This document shows positions 10,614 through 20,032 of a DNA stretch of 64,000 nt, one piece after another. Location of the stretch: positions 1,056,001 to 1,120,000 of the forward strand of contig OY763927.2 in NCBI GenBank assembly GCA_963667665.2, written 5' to 3'. The notes beneath the pieces were generated by a model. The model was not told the origin of the DNA. It searched no databases and was given only the letters and a program-made list of their open reading frames with translations. Both the position numbers and the translations under genes were made by a program. Every line of letters starts with the position of its first letter. The stretch's first letter is position 1. Source of the DNA: Nitrosopumilus sp. (GTDB lineage Archaea; Thermoproteota; Nitrososphaeria; Nitrososphaerales; Nitrosopumilaceae).

Positions 10614-11230
10614 AGTTCCTGTTTTAGTTGATTCAAGAATTCTTTTAGTATTCTAGTCCTCTTTTTTGCCTCTGCTTTTCCAGATTTTGTGTTCATTAAT
10701 GATTCTAGTTTGAGTAACTTTTGGAAAAAATGATCAACTGTCCATGTGTGATCATCAGGAATTCTTCTTTTGCAAAAAGGATCATCTGGATTATAAAATG
10801 GTCTTTTTAGTGAACCACCTGTAGCAAAAACTCTTGCAATTCCGATTGCTCCTAATGCATCTAATCTATCTGCATCTTGAAGAATTTTGCCCTCAAGAGT
10901 TTTAGGGGTTTTGTTTTGTGAAAAACTATGATCTTTTATTGCATCTAAAATTATTACAATATTTTCTTTTGAGAAATCAAATTTTTCAAGTATCTTTTTT
11001 GATTTTTTTGCACTCTCAATTGAAGATGTTTTTGAGCGCTTGTCAGATTTTGGATAAGATACTAAATCATGTAATAAAGCAGCACTTAGAACTAGTTTTT
11101 CATTTACTTTTTCTTTTTTACAGATTTTTTGGGCATTTTTGTATACCCTAATTGTATGCTCAAAATCATGTGCAGAATCATTTTCTATTCTTTTTTTAAC
11201 TTCATTCTTTAGGGAATCAATAACTTTCAT
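10610..11230 (-). CDS. HD-domain phosphohydrolase
   Basis: AHDFEH..RV, ALLHD, QDADRLDALGAIG. Confidence 0.9.
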   Translation of the reverse strand: MKVIDSLKNEVKKRIENDSAHDFEHTIRVYKNAQKICKKEKVNEKLVLSAALLHDLVSYPKSDKRSKTSSIESAKKSKKILEKFDFSKENIVIILDAIKDHSFSQNKTPKTLEGKILQDADRLDALGAIGIARVFATGGSLKRPFYNPDDPFCKRRIPDDHTWTVDHFFQKLLKLESLMNTKSGKAEAKKRTRILKEFLNQLKQEL

Positions 11231-11851
11231 TTAGAATCTCCATAATTTTGGTTTGACAAATTTTATTTTTCTCTGAGTAATTAAAATTGTCCAGTTAATT
11301 GATGCAAAAAGAACAACCATACCAATTCCCACACCATCAATTAATAAAATTCCAGTAAGACGGTCTTCGAAGATTTCCAGAAAAGGAGATATCACTGCAT
11401 TTCCAAAATAGATCATAATCATATAAGAAATAATTCTACCAAACCAAAATCCAACATAGATTCCAATACTTTTGGCACGCATTAATCCATATGTGATAAA
11501 CAACATGTTACTTGGAAGAGGAGTAGCACCAAACAGGAAAGAAGCTATAACATAACCATATTTTTTGTTATTAAGATAATCACCAATTATATCAAGATTA
11601 GATTTTTGCTCTTCTGCAACAAATCGTCTAAAATATCCACTAATCTTTTTTAGAAAAAATCGCCCTATAGTAGCTCCAGTTGCACCAACTACAGCAAGAA
11701 TAATAACATTCAAGGTAGGATCAAGAAGATAAAATGATGTCAGTATTATCCAGCTAGGTGGCATTAGGATTGGAGCAGCATTTATTCCAATTAGTACTAG
11801 AAAAATTCCAAAATACGAATATTCTCCAAAAATTTCAAAAATATCTAACAT
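11231..11851 (-). CDS. DedA/VTT-like membrane protein
   Basis: Several TM helices, GATGATIGR, ATPLPS. Confidence 0.65.
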   Translation of the reverse strand: MLDIFEIFGEYSYFGIFLVLIGINAAPILMPPSWIILTSFYLLDPTLNVIILAVVGATGATIGRFFLKKISGYFRRFVAEEQKSNLDIIGDYLNNKKYGYVIASFLFGATPLPSNMLFITYGLMRAKSIGIYVGFWFGRIISYMIMIYFGNAVISPFLEIFEDRLTGILLIDGVGIGMVVLFASINWTILITQRKIKFVKPKLWRF

Positions 11852-12034
11852 CTTTCTAAGATAATGTCACTTTTTTTGTTTCTAAATCCTTGGATTGAGA
11901 GGTTATATGAAAAAAATTCATTATGAATTAAAAAATTAAAAAATTACATGTTTTTGGAAACAATGATCATGAATTGTATGAAAGTGGATCAATTATCCAA
12001 TATCTTTATAAGGAATTTGTGCGTATATATAAGC

Positions 12035-12142
12035 ATGTCTGAAGTGGTTTGGAAGTGTTATAGATGCAATCTTTCTTTTAAGGACGAAGGTGTGGCTGAA
12101 ATACATAAGCAGATCTCAAGTCATTCAGTTTCCAAAATATAG
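12035..12142 (+). CDS. 35-aa C2H2-like zinc-finger micro-protein
   Basis: MSEVVWKCYRCNLSFKDEGVAEIHKQISSHSVSKI; TTTATAA box at ~12005. Confidence 0.6.
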   Translation: MSEVVWKCYRCNLSFKDEGVAEIHKQISSHSVSKI

Positions 12143-12199
12143 ACACTTTTTGAATAGTTACTAAATTTTATGAATATTGTAGTTTTGATTATAATATAA

Positions 12200-12300
12200 T
12201 GCAGAGGGTGGGATTCGAACCCACGAACTCCTAAGAGAAGGGATTTCCTATTTTGAGGATCTTGAGTCCCTCTCGGTTGACCGGGCTTCGATACCTCTGC
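12200..12300 (-). tRNA. tRNA-Leu(CAA) with 16-nt intron at 37/38 (12245-12260)
   Basis: GCAGAGG/CCTCTGC acceptor, AGGGA/TCCCT anticodon stem, CAA anticodon at 12262-12264, long variable arm, GTTCGAATC T-loop. Confidence 0.93.
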
Positions 12301-12411
12301 AATGAGATTGGATAATGACCGATATTTTTCAATTGCTATTATGATAAATTAAAAAATGATCCATTGATTTTAAACAAAGCTTATAATTGTGTCAATTTGA
12401 TTCAAAAATAC

Positions 12412-12723
12412 ATGTCAGAATTTATACCAATTTCAGAAGCAAGAGAAAAGAGAAGTGGTGTCAATGTTGAAGCCGAAGTTAAAAGTAAAGGAGACCCAAG
12501 AACAGTAAATCTCAAAAGTGGTGGAACAATTGATGTCTGCGATGCAGTTATTGCTAATGGTGAAACTGAAGATGACCAAATGAAACTCACATTGTGGGGT
12601 GACGACATTAAAGCAGTAAATGTTGGAGACAAAGTTGTCATTACAAATGGATATATCAATGAGTTTAAAGGAGAAGTTTCTTTAACAAAAGGTAAATTCG
12701 GTAAGATGGATATCAATCCATAA
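12412..12723 (+). CDS. Single OB-fold ssDNA-binding protein (SSB/RPA)
   Basis: VNVEAEV..GDPRTV..MKLTLWG..GDKVVITNGYINEFKG. Confidence 0.85.
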   Translation: MSEFIPISEAREKRSGVNVEAEVKSKGDPRTVNLKSGGTIDVCDAVIANGETEDDQMKLTLWGDDIKAVNVGDKVVITNGYINEFKGEVSLTKGKFGKMDINP

Positions 12724-12770
12724 TCAATCGAAAGTTTCTTAAATTTTAAACTCTTTTTGTTTTTAAAAAA

Positions 12771-13814
12771 TTAACGTCTAGATTTTTTCTTTGTTTTCTT
12801 TTTAGCTACTTTCTTCTTTGCTTTCTTTTTAGCTACTTTCTTTTTAGCTGCTTTTTTCTTTACTTTCTTTTTAGCTGCTTTTTTCTTTACTTTCTTTTTA
12901 GCTGCTTTTTTCTTTACTTTCTTTTTAGCTGCTTTTTTCTTTACTTTCTTCTTAGCTGCTTTTTTCTTTACTTTCTTCTTAGCTGCTTTTTTCTTTACTT
13001 TCTTCTTAGCTGCTTTTTTCTTTACTTTCTTTTTAGTTGCTTTTTTCTTTACTTTCTTTTTAGTTGCTTTTTTCTTTGCTGCTGCACGCTTTTTTGCAGC
13101 TGCTGCTCTTTTAGCTGCAGCACGTTTCTTTGCAGCTGCTATTCTTTTAGCTAATGCCTTTTTAGCTGCTTTACGTCTCTTTGCCAAAACTTCTTGGAAT
13201 TTCACAGACACTTTTTCTAATGCCTTTTTAGCAGAGGCCTCTGCATTGGTTCGTCTTTCTAATTCTTTTGCAAACTTTTCAGCAGCCTTGTGACTAGATA
13301 TGATAGTTTCACGCAAGGATGGTTTTGATTTGGTTTGTTTTTGAATTTTTGAAGTAATCTTTGATTTAATATCAGAATATTTGGTAGCATCATCTAAAAT
13401 CTTTTTTGCTGTTTTTTGCCTACTTTTAATCTCAGCAATCAGTTCCTGAACTCGGTCATTTAGAGATCGTAATCTAAATTCTGCATTCTGTTTTTCCTCA
13501 GAATTTTCTGAGAATTCAATCTCTTGCTCAGTTTGTTCAATTGCTTCTTTTTCTCGTGTCAATCGTTCCTCGGCTGTGGCTACTAGTCTTTCAATGCTCT
13601 CTAATTGAGAGTTTTTCCTAGTAAGAACTTGAGAGGTATCAGAAACATCTTCACGTTCAGATTCTATTTTTCTATCAATAGAATTTAGACCTGAAGAAGA
13701 ACGTCTTTCAACAGAACGAATTTCTTTTAGTTGTTTTTCAGCTTTTAGTCTAAGCTTGGATGCTTCATGTTTCTTTTGACGTAGTTGAACTACTATTTTT
13801 TCTAATGATGCCAC
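12771..13814 (-). CDS. Coiled-coil protein with Lys/Ala-rich histone H1-like tail
   Basis: ~220 aa E/K/R coiled coil followed by ~130 aa of mostly K/A/V. Confidence 0.8.
   Translation of the reverse strand: MASLEKIVVQLRQKKHEASKLRLKAEKQLKEIRSVERRSSSGLNSIDRKIESEREDVSDTSQVLTRKNSQLESIERLVATAEERLTREKEAIEQTEQEIEFSENSEEKQNAEFRLRSLNDRVQELIAEIKSRQKTAKKILDDATKYSDIKSKITSKIQKQTKSKPSLRETIISSHKAAEKFAKELERRTNAEASAKKALEKVSVKFQEVLAKRRKAAKKALAKRIAAAKKRAAAKRAAAAKKRAAAKKKATKKKVKKKATKKKVKKKAAKKKVKKKAAKKKVKKKAAKKKVKKKAAKKKVKKKAAKKKVKKKAAKKKVKKKAAKKKVAKKKAKKKVAKKKTKKKSRR
12834..13076 (-). repeat. 9 x 27-bp tandem repeat encoding KKKA(A/T)KKKV
   Basis: gctgct/gttgct core recurs every 27 bp from 12847 to 13063. Confidence 0.92.
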
Positions 13815-13949
13815 GATTAAATCAAAACAAGAGAGTCGGTTAAATTGATAATATGATTAGGATTTGACTTAGCAGTAAAGAAAATTAACCATTTATGATC
13901 GCTTAAATCAATTTTTAAAAAATATTAGTTAAAAGATTTCATTAAAACC

Positions 13950-14261
13950 ATGGAATTTCATCCAAAAGATTTGCCAATATTAAAGACATATGATCTAAAA
14001 GATGAAAAGGATGCATCAAAGGCAGTGGAGGATATGGTAAAACTTGGATTTAGAAATAGAAAAGAAGGATTCAAGGTTTTAATGCCAAAAGAATCAAAAC
14101 TTGCAAAAAGAATTGGATATACAGTTACTACAGGAGTAACACAAGGACTCAGAAAAACAAATGAAATTCGAGATATCAAATATTGGACTTATCACCATGA
14201 TGAAGATCACTATGCAATAGTTTTGATAAGTAATGCTTCTTTGACAGAATTAGGTTTTTGA
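13950..14261 (+). CDS. Hypothetical protein
   Basis: 103-aa ORF with normal composition. Confidence 0.7.
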   Translation: MEFHPKDLPILKTYDLKDEKDASKAVEDMVKLGFRNRKEGFKVLMPKESKLAKRIGYTVTTGVTQGLRKTNEIRDIKYWTYHHDEDHYAIVLISNASLTELGF

Positions 14262-14918
14262 TTTATCAAAAATTTTGTAAAGTTTGGTTCTCTTGGCCAT
14301 TACTCCAACAAGCATTACTCCAATTACTGCTCCTCCAATGACATCCATAGGATAATGCTGTAAGACATAGATCCTACTAAGTGAAATCATTACAGGATAT
14401 AGTAATAGTAAATATGCACCTCGTGGAAATCGTTCAGATAGTGCATAACCCAAAATTATTCCAAATATCATAGATCTGGCGGCATGCCCTGAAGGATATG
14501 ATGCATTAGCCCCACCCTCACAAAATAATGCGTATGTATCACGACTAATTTCTACAGGAAATGGTGAGCCTTCATATTCAAAATCAGGTCTGTCTCTATC
14601 AACTCCACATTTGATGTATCCAGTAAGTAGTGTTGAAATTACAATTAAAATCATCAATGTAATTCCAATTCTACGGGTTTTTGGTATAATTAACAGTAAA
14701 ATTCCAAATGCTAACATCCACAAAACCTCGCCACTTTCTGTGACATATTGCATAATGGTGTCTAATGTTGGATTTCCGACATTTTGAGAGAAAAACAGAA
14801 CTATACTTTGATCAAAACTTTCAGTCACTCCAAAGTATACTAATGCAGAAAGAATGAGAAACAGAATTGTTAACAGCACAAAGGAACGTGACCTGATATC
14901 AAAAATCCAATTTTGCAA
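14250..14918 (-). CDS. PAP2-family membrane phosphatase
   Basis: K-x6-RP, SYPSGH, SRIYVLQHYPMDV. Confidence 0.92.
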   Translation of the reverse strand: MQNWIFDIRSRSFVLLTILFLILSALVYFGVTESFDQSIVLFFSQNVGNPTLDTIMQYVTESGEVLWMLAFGILLLIIPKTRRIGITLMILIVISTLLTGYIKCGVDRDRPDFEYEGSPFPVEISRDTYALFCEGGANASYPSGHAARSMIFGIILGYALSERFPRGAYLLLLYPVMISLSRIYVLQHYPMDVIGGAVIGVMLVGVMAKRTKLYKIFDKSKT

Positions 14919-15040
14919 TTAATTAAACCTCAAGTACGTATCTTTTAATTTTTGTCAATACATAAGTTTTGGAAGTGTAAATCATGTTTAGAAATAAGAT
15001 TTGATAAAATAATTCTGATCGGCTCAAAGAATTTAACCAA

Positions 15041-16267
15041 GTGCATAATAGAAAAATCGTGAAGGTGCTCACACTAGATGATTTTGACCTAAAAGGTAAG
15101 ACTGTTTTTTTGAGAGTCGACATGAATTGTCCAATCGATCCAGAGACAATGGAGATTTTAGGTACTAAAAGAATTGAAGAAGCCACTGAAAGTTTAAAGT
15201 CATTAAAAGATGCCAAAGTCGTTATCGCATCACACCAAGGTAGAGTTGGGAATAAAGATTATACTGGAATGGACAAACACGCAAAAGTTCTTGAAAAATT
15301 TATGAATAAAAAAATAAAATATGTTGAAGATACAATTGGCGAAGCTGCTCAAAACGCAATCAAGAATCTAGAGAATGGGGACATTCTACTTTTAGATAAT
15401 CTTCGATTGTGTGCTGAAGAAAATTATGAATTTAAACCAGAGAATGCTGCCAAAACAATCATGGTTAGTCGGTTATCCAAATTATTTGATCTTTGTGTAT
15501 TAGATTCATTTCCAAGTGCTCACAGAACACATCCATCAATTGTTGGTTTTCCACAAGTTTTACCTGCATGTGCAGGAAGAATTGTTGAAAAAGAAGTCAG
15601 AAATTTAGATGAGATAATGACTGTTGCCAAGGCACCACATGTGATTGTTCTTGGAGGCTCAAAAATACAGGATAGACTTGAGGCAATCAAGTTATTGATT
15701 CAAAATGGTCGTGCTGATCATATTCTCTTAACAGGATTAATCGGGAATGTGTTTATGCGAGCACAAGGCAGAATAAAATCTTCACTTGGAATCAAAAGAG
15801 AAGACGAGGTTGTAGCAAAAGCACATTCTTTGATAGGTGAATATCCTGATGTTTTTGCCACACCTGTAGATATTGCAATTGACAAAGATGGAGAAAGAGT
15901 AGAGATGGATGTAAGAGAGATGGGTAAAGGTGATAAAATTTATGATTTGGGCCCAAAAACTGTAGAGTACTATTCAAAATTAATTTCAGGCGCAGGAACT
16001 GTCTTTATCAGTGGTCCTGCAGGATTTTTTGAAAAAGAAAATTTTAGTTACGGAACAAAAGAATTACTCAATTCAGTTGCAAACTCGATGGCTACAACAA
16101 TTGTTAGTGGCGGACACTTGACAACAGCACTAAAAGAACAAGGATTATCAGATAAAATCAATCATATTAGTACTGCAGGGGGTGCATTGGTACTTTATCT
16201 TACAGGAGAAAAATTACCAATGATTCAAGCACTTGAAGATGCTGCAATAGAATACGGATCTAAATAG
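15041..16267 (+). CDS. pgk: Phosphoglycerate kinase
   Basis: FLRVDMNCP, ASHQGR, LLDNLR, GGSK, ISTAGGA. Confidence 0.95.
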   Translation: MHNRKIVKVLTLDDFDLKGKTVFLRVDMNCPIDPETMEILGTKRIEEATESLKSLKDAKVVIASHQGRVGNKDYTGMDKHAKVLEKFMNKKIKYVEDTIGEAAQNAIKNLENGDILLLDNLRLCAEENYEFKPENAAKTIMVSRLSKLFDLCVLDSFPSAHRTHPSIVGFPQVLPACAGRIVEKEVRNLDEIMTVAKAPHVIVLGGSKIQDRLEAIKLLIQNGRADHILLTGLIGNVFMRAQGRIKSSLGIKREDEVVAKAHSLIGEYPDVFATPVDIAIDKDGERVEMDVREMGKGDKIYDLGPKTVEYYSKLISGAGTVFISGPAGFFEKENFSYGTKELLNSVANSMATTIVSGGHLTTALKEQGLSDKINHISTAGGALVLYLTGEKLPMIQALEDAAIEYGSK

Positions 16268-16607
16268 AAGATTTGCAAGAAGGGTTGGGACATATTCTTT
16301 TTTCAGATATTCCAAGATAGATATCATGGTTACAAGCATTGCAGTGAAGTTTTTCAGCAGGATCAAATAGCTTTAGCCAAATCGTTGTAAAGTTTTGTGC
16401 AATGTTTCTTGCAAGACCTGAATCACAAATTTCATTGAAAAATGATTCAACATCATCAATTATCCAAGATGGGTTAATGTCACCATTTTCTTTGAGTATC
16501 TCAAAAATTTCATCGTTTGTAAATTTAGTATCAACATCATTGAATTTTTCAAAGATTACTTTTCTTATTTGAAGTACAATTGGAATTACAGGAACAAAAT
16601 CACTCAT
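16260..16607 (-). CDS. Winged-helix-like protein with C-terminal 4-Cys cluster; last gene of suf operon
   Basis: FTNDEIFEIL..FFNEICDSGLAR then CNAC-x12-CPNPSC; starts 1 nt after the sufU stop. Confidence 0.6.
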   Translation of the reverse strand: MSDFVPVIPIVLQIRKVIFEKFNDVDTKFTNDEIFEILKENGDINPSWIIDDVESFFNEICDSGLARNIAQNFTTIWLKLFDPAEKLHCNACNHDIYLGISEKRICPNPSCKSSI

Positions 16608-16608
16608 A

Positions 16609-17052
16609 CTAGTAAAGATTTGCTGCATCTTCTTTTAATCTATCTACATCTTGAGAATCATCAAGATGGTCTGCAAGATACGTGTAAAGAGCAGATTTGA
16701 GTACCTTAAGTGAAAGCAAGGCACATTTTATTCTGACAGCTTGTAAATGTTCAAGACCCAACTCACTTAAAATATCATTTTTCTCAATTTTTCTTACATC
16801 ATCAAGACTTTTGCCTTTTGTAATTTCAGTTAAGACTGAAGAGCAAGCCATACAAATTGCACAACCTTTTCCATCGAATTTAATATCAGTGACTTTGTTA
16901 TCATCAATTTTTAGAGCAATATCAATACTATCACCACATAATGGATTGGAATCATGGAAAATTACATCATGATTTTCAAGCTTTCCATAGTTTGTAGGAT
17001 TTCTTGAATAATCAACAATCATTTCATGATAAATATCTGCATTACCACTCAT
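16609..17052 (-). CDS. sufU: Fe-S scaffold/sulfurtransferase SufU (IscU family)
   Basis: NPLCGD, GCAIC, RIKCALL. Confidence 0.92.
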   Translation of the reverse strand: MSGNADIYHEMIVDYSRNPTNYGKLENHDVIFHDSNPLCGDSIDIALKIDDNKVTDIKFDGKGCAICMACSSVLTEITKGKSLDDVRKIEKNDILSELGLEHLQAVRIKCALLSLKVLKSALYTYLADHLDDSQDVDRLKEDAANLY

Positions 17053-18293
17053 AGTTTGAACACCTTTGCTACTTTATTTAATGAATTCACTAGGGCATCA
17101 ATGTCTTCTTTGGTATTGTAAATGTAAAAGCTAGCTCTTGATGTTGCAGCAACATTTAGTCGCTCCATTAAAACTTGTGCACAATGATGACCAGAACGAA
17201 CTGCTATTCCTTCTCCATCAATAATTTGTGCAACATCATGAGGATGCACATCTGCAAAATTAAATGAGATTACACCACCACGTTTTGAAATATCTTTTGT
17301 GCCATAGATATGAATCCCTTTAACTGCAGATAATTTTTCTATAGCATATTTTGTCAGTTCTACTTCGTGTTCTCGTACATTATCCATTCCAATCTTTGTA
17401 AGATAATCTATGGCTGCCCCAAATCCTATAACATCTGCAATATTTGGAGTACCTGCTTCAAATTTGTATGGTAAATCATTCCATGTAGTTTCATACTTGT
17501 GAACTTCTCTAATCATATCACCACCACCATGAAATGGAATCATAGTTTCTAGAACTGATTTTCTAGCCCACAAAACACCAATTCCTGTAGGGCCGAGCAT
17601 TTTGTGCCCAGAAAATGCAAAAAAGTCACATCCCAGTTTTTCAATATCAACTTTCATGTGAGGTACTGCCTGAGCAGCATCAATTAGTGTGAGAACACCT
17701 GCTGCCTTGCATTTTTGTATAATCTTTTTAACATCAGTAATTGTTCCAAGAACATTTGACATTAAACTAAAAGTTACAAGTTTTACTTTCCCTGTTGCAA
17801 GATATTTGTCAAGATCATCTAAAATTAACTCTCCATTATCATCCATTCCAATGTATTCTAATTTAGCACCTTTCTCTTGTGTGAGAAGTTGCCAAGGTAC
17901 TATGTTGCTGTGGTGTTCATATTCAGTAGTAACAATAATGTCACCTTCTTTGATGTGGGGTCTACCCCATGAATATGCAACAAGATTAATTGCCTCAGTA
18001 GTTCCACGAACAAAGATAATTTCCTGACGATCTTTTACGTTGATGAAATTAGCAATTTTATCTCGAGTTGCTTCATATGCTTCAGTTGCTTCCTCAGATA
18101 TAGAATATACTGCTCTGTGAATGTTGGAATTATAATTTTTATAATAATTAGTAATAGAATCAATTACTTGATTGGGTTTTTGTGTTGTTGATGCATTATC
18201 AAGGTATACTAGTCGTTTGTTATCTCTTACAATTCGCTTTAGAATTGGAAAGTCTTTTCTCAAATTTTCAAAAGATGTTTGTGTGCTTTGCAT
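17049..18293 (-). CDS. sufS: Cysteine desulfurase SufS
   Basis: YLDNASTTQKP, FSGHKM, FEAGTP, RSGHHCA. Confidence 0.96.
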   Translation of the reverse strand: MQSTQTSFENLRKDFPILKRIVRDNKRLVYLDNASTTQKPNQVIDSITNYYKNYNSNIHRAVYSISEEATEAYEATRDKIANFINVKDRQEIIFVRGTTEAINLVAYSWGRPHIKEGDIIVTTEYEHHSNIVPWQLLTQEKGAKLEYIGMDDNGELILDDLDKYLATGKVKLVTFSLMSNVLGTITDVKKIIQKCKAAGVLTLIDAAQAVPHMKVDIEKLGCDFFAFSGHKMLGPTGIGVLWARKSVLETMIPFHGGGDMIREVHKYETTWNDLPYKFEAGTPNIADVIGFGAAIDYLTKIGMDNVREHEVELTKYAIEKLSAVKGIHIYGTKDISKRGGVISFNFADVHPHDVAQIIDGEGIAVRSGHHCAQVLMERLNVAATSRASFYIYNTKEDIDALVNSLNKVAKVFKL

Positions 18294-18296
18294 ATT

Positions 18297-18614
18297 TTAA
18301 ACCTCTACGTAAACCTCGTTGTTATCTATTTTAACATTATACACATTGAGTGCAGTTTCTGCAGGAAGATTTTGTGGCTTCCCATCTTCTAAATTAAAAA
18401 CAGAAAGATGTAATGGACATCTTATACCTTCTTCACTAAGAAATCCAGTAGAAAGATCTGCATTAGCATGAGTGCAAATTAGATCAGTTGCATGTATTTT
18501 GCCCTTTAGATTAGCTAGAAGAATTTTCTTATCATTAATAGTTAAACCAAAAAGCTGTCCTTCTTTTACCTGCTCCAAATTACAAGCCTTTATCCATTCA
18601 GACAGAAAGATCAC
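18297..18614 (-). CDS. Rieske-type [2Fe-2S] ferredoxin
   Basis: CTH..L..G..CPLH. Confidence 0.9.
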   Translation of the reverse strand: MIFLSEWIKACNLEQVKEGQLFGLTINDKKILLANLKGKIHATDLICTHANADLSTGFLSEEGIRCPLHLSVFNLEDGKPQNLPAETALNVYNVKIDNNEVYVEV

Positions 18615-20011
18615 CTATACTTGTAGTGTTGTTCGATTTCGGCGTCTTCGTTGTAGCGAGTTTCCTCAATTTCTACAAACTTTGCTAATTCCTCATCAGT
18701 GTTAATTGATAGTTCCTTGTTTTCCCATTTTGATTCAACTAGATATGCAATCCATGCTCGTACTTGGAAAGACATTTTGCGAGATAATGGTTCTAAGAAT
18801 CCTTCAATAATTGTCCTTTCAGCTTCACTATAGCTTAGACATCTAGTATTAAGATAGAATAGTTGTTCTTCATCTATTTGGGCAACAGATGCAGAGTGAG
18901 TAGCTTTGACATCATTAGTTAGAATTTCTAATCCTGGGATAGAGTCAGACTTTGCATCTTTATCAAGTAGAATAGAGCGACCTGACAAAAATGAATTTGA
19001 TTTTGTTGCATTTTCTTTAATTCTAATCATTCCTTTGAAAAGAGATTTTGATTTGTTTCTGAGAATTGATTTTTCTACAACTCTGCCTTCAGTTGATCGA
19101 GCCTCATGAGTCACATTAGTTTGAATATCAAATGATTGTTCATTATTTCCAAAGATAACTTCAGAATCATTACATGATGAACCTGGTCCATTTAGAAAAT
19201 ATTCGATTTTATATCTAGATAATAGTGCGCCAAACAAACCAGAATACCAGTTAACAGTTGCATCTTGAGCCAAGTCAGTTCTTCGTGTGCAAAAACTAAC
19301 TGAGCTTTGATCCATCATCTGTAGTGTAGTGAAATCTAATTGTGCATTAGGTGCAAGAGTTGTATTTAGTAATTCAAGATATGCTTGTTGTTTTTCTGCC
19401 TTTGGAGAGTATAGTTCCTGAACAATTGTTGCCTTGCTGCTCTCATCTGCAAAAATAATATTTCTAGAGATAGTAGATATTCCATCTTCAGATAAACAAG
19501 ATAAGATATGAATTGGTTTTTCTAGTTGGATATTTCGTGGAATATGAATGAAAACTCCTGCATTAAATGCAGCATTGTTTAGTGCAGTAAATTTATCTTC
19601 ATTGGAATTTGATGCTTCCAGTGCTTTTTTTACTAAATCAGAATTGTTTTGAATTGCATCTTCTAGAGAAGAAATTACAAGTCCTTTGGATTTTAGTTCA
19701 TCAGAGATATTGATTCTATAGGTGTTGGTTCCAATTTGAATAATACATATTTCATTTTCTAGCTCTCCAAGTCTTTTTTGAAGAAAACTAGGAACAGTAT
19801 CTGTAGTAGATACAGATAGTGAAACTTGTTGTGGATCCATTTTTTGTGCATCAGTGTATTTATTGTATAGGGGAGAAATTTCAATAGGTAATTTCTCATA
19901 TACAGATAAGGAATTTTGTCTGTATTCTTTTAGCCAATCAGGTTCGTTTCTTGATGAAGAAATCTCATTGATATGACTAGTGCCAAGTTTTGAAAGAGTT
20001 TCTTGAGACAT
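18611..20011 (-). CDS. sufD: Fe-S assembly protein SufD
   Basis: SufBD beta-helix, PGLEILTNDVKATHSASV, FYLNTR. Confidence 0.92.
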   Translation of the reverse strand: MSQETLSKLGTSHINEISSSRNEPDWLKEYRQNSLSVYEKLPIEISPLYNKYTDAQKMDPQQVSLSVSTTDTVPSFLQKRLGELENEICIIQIGTNTYRINISDELKSKGLVISSLEDAIQNNSDLVKKALEASNSNEDKFTALNNAAFNAGVFIHIPRNIQLEKPIHILSCLSEDGISTISRNIIFADESSKATIVQELYSPKAEKQQAYLELLNTTLAPNAQLDFTTLQMMDQSSVSFCTRRTDLAQDATVNWYSGLFGALLSRYKIEYFLNGPGSSCNDSEVIFGNNEQSFDIQTNVTHEARSTEGRVVEKSILRNKSKSLFKGMIRIKENATKSNSFLSGRSILLDKDAKSDSIPGLEILTNDVKATHSASVAQIDEEQLFYLNTRCLSYSEAERTIIEGFLEPLSRKMSFQVRAWIAYLVESKWENKELSINTDEELAKFVEIEETRYNEDAEIEQHYKYR

Positions 20012-20032
20012 GGTTAATCAAAGATTGGGAGT

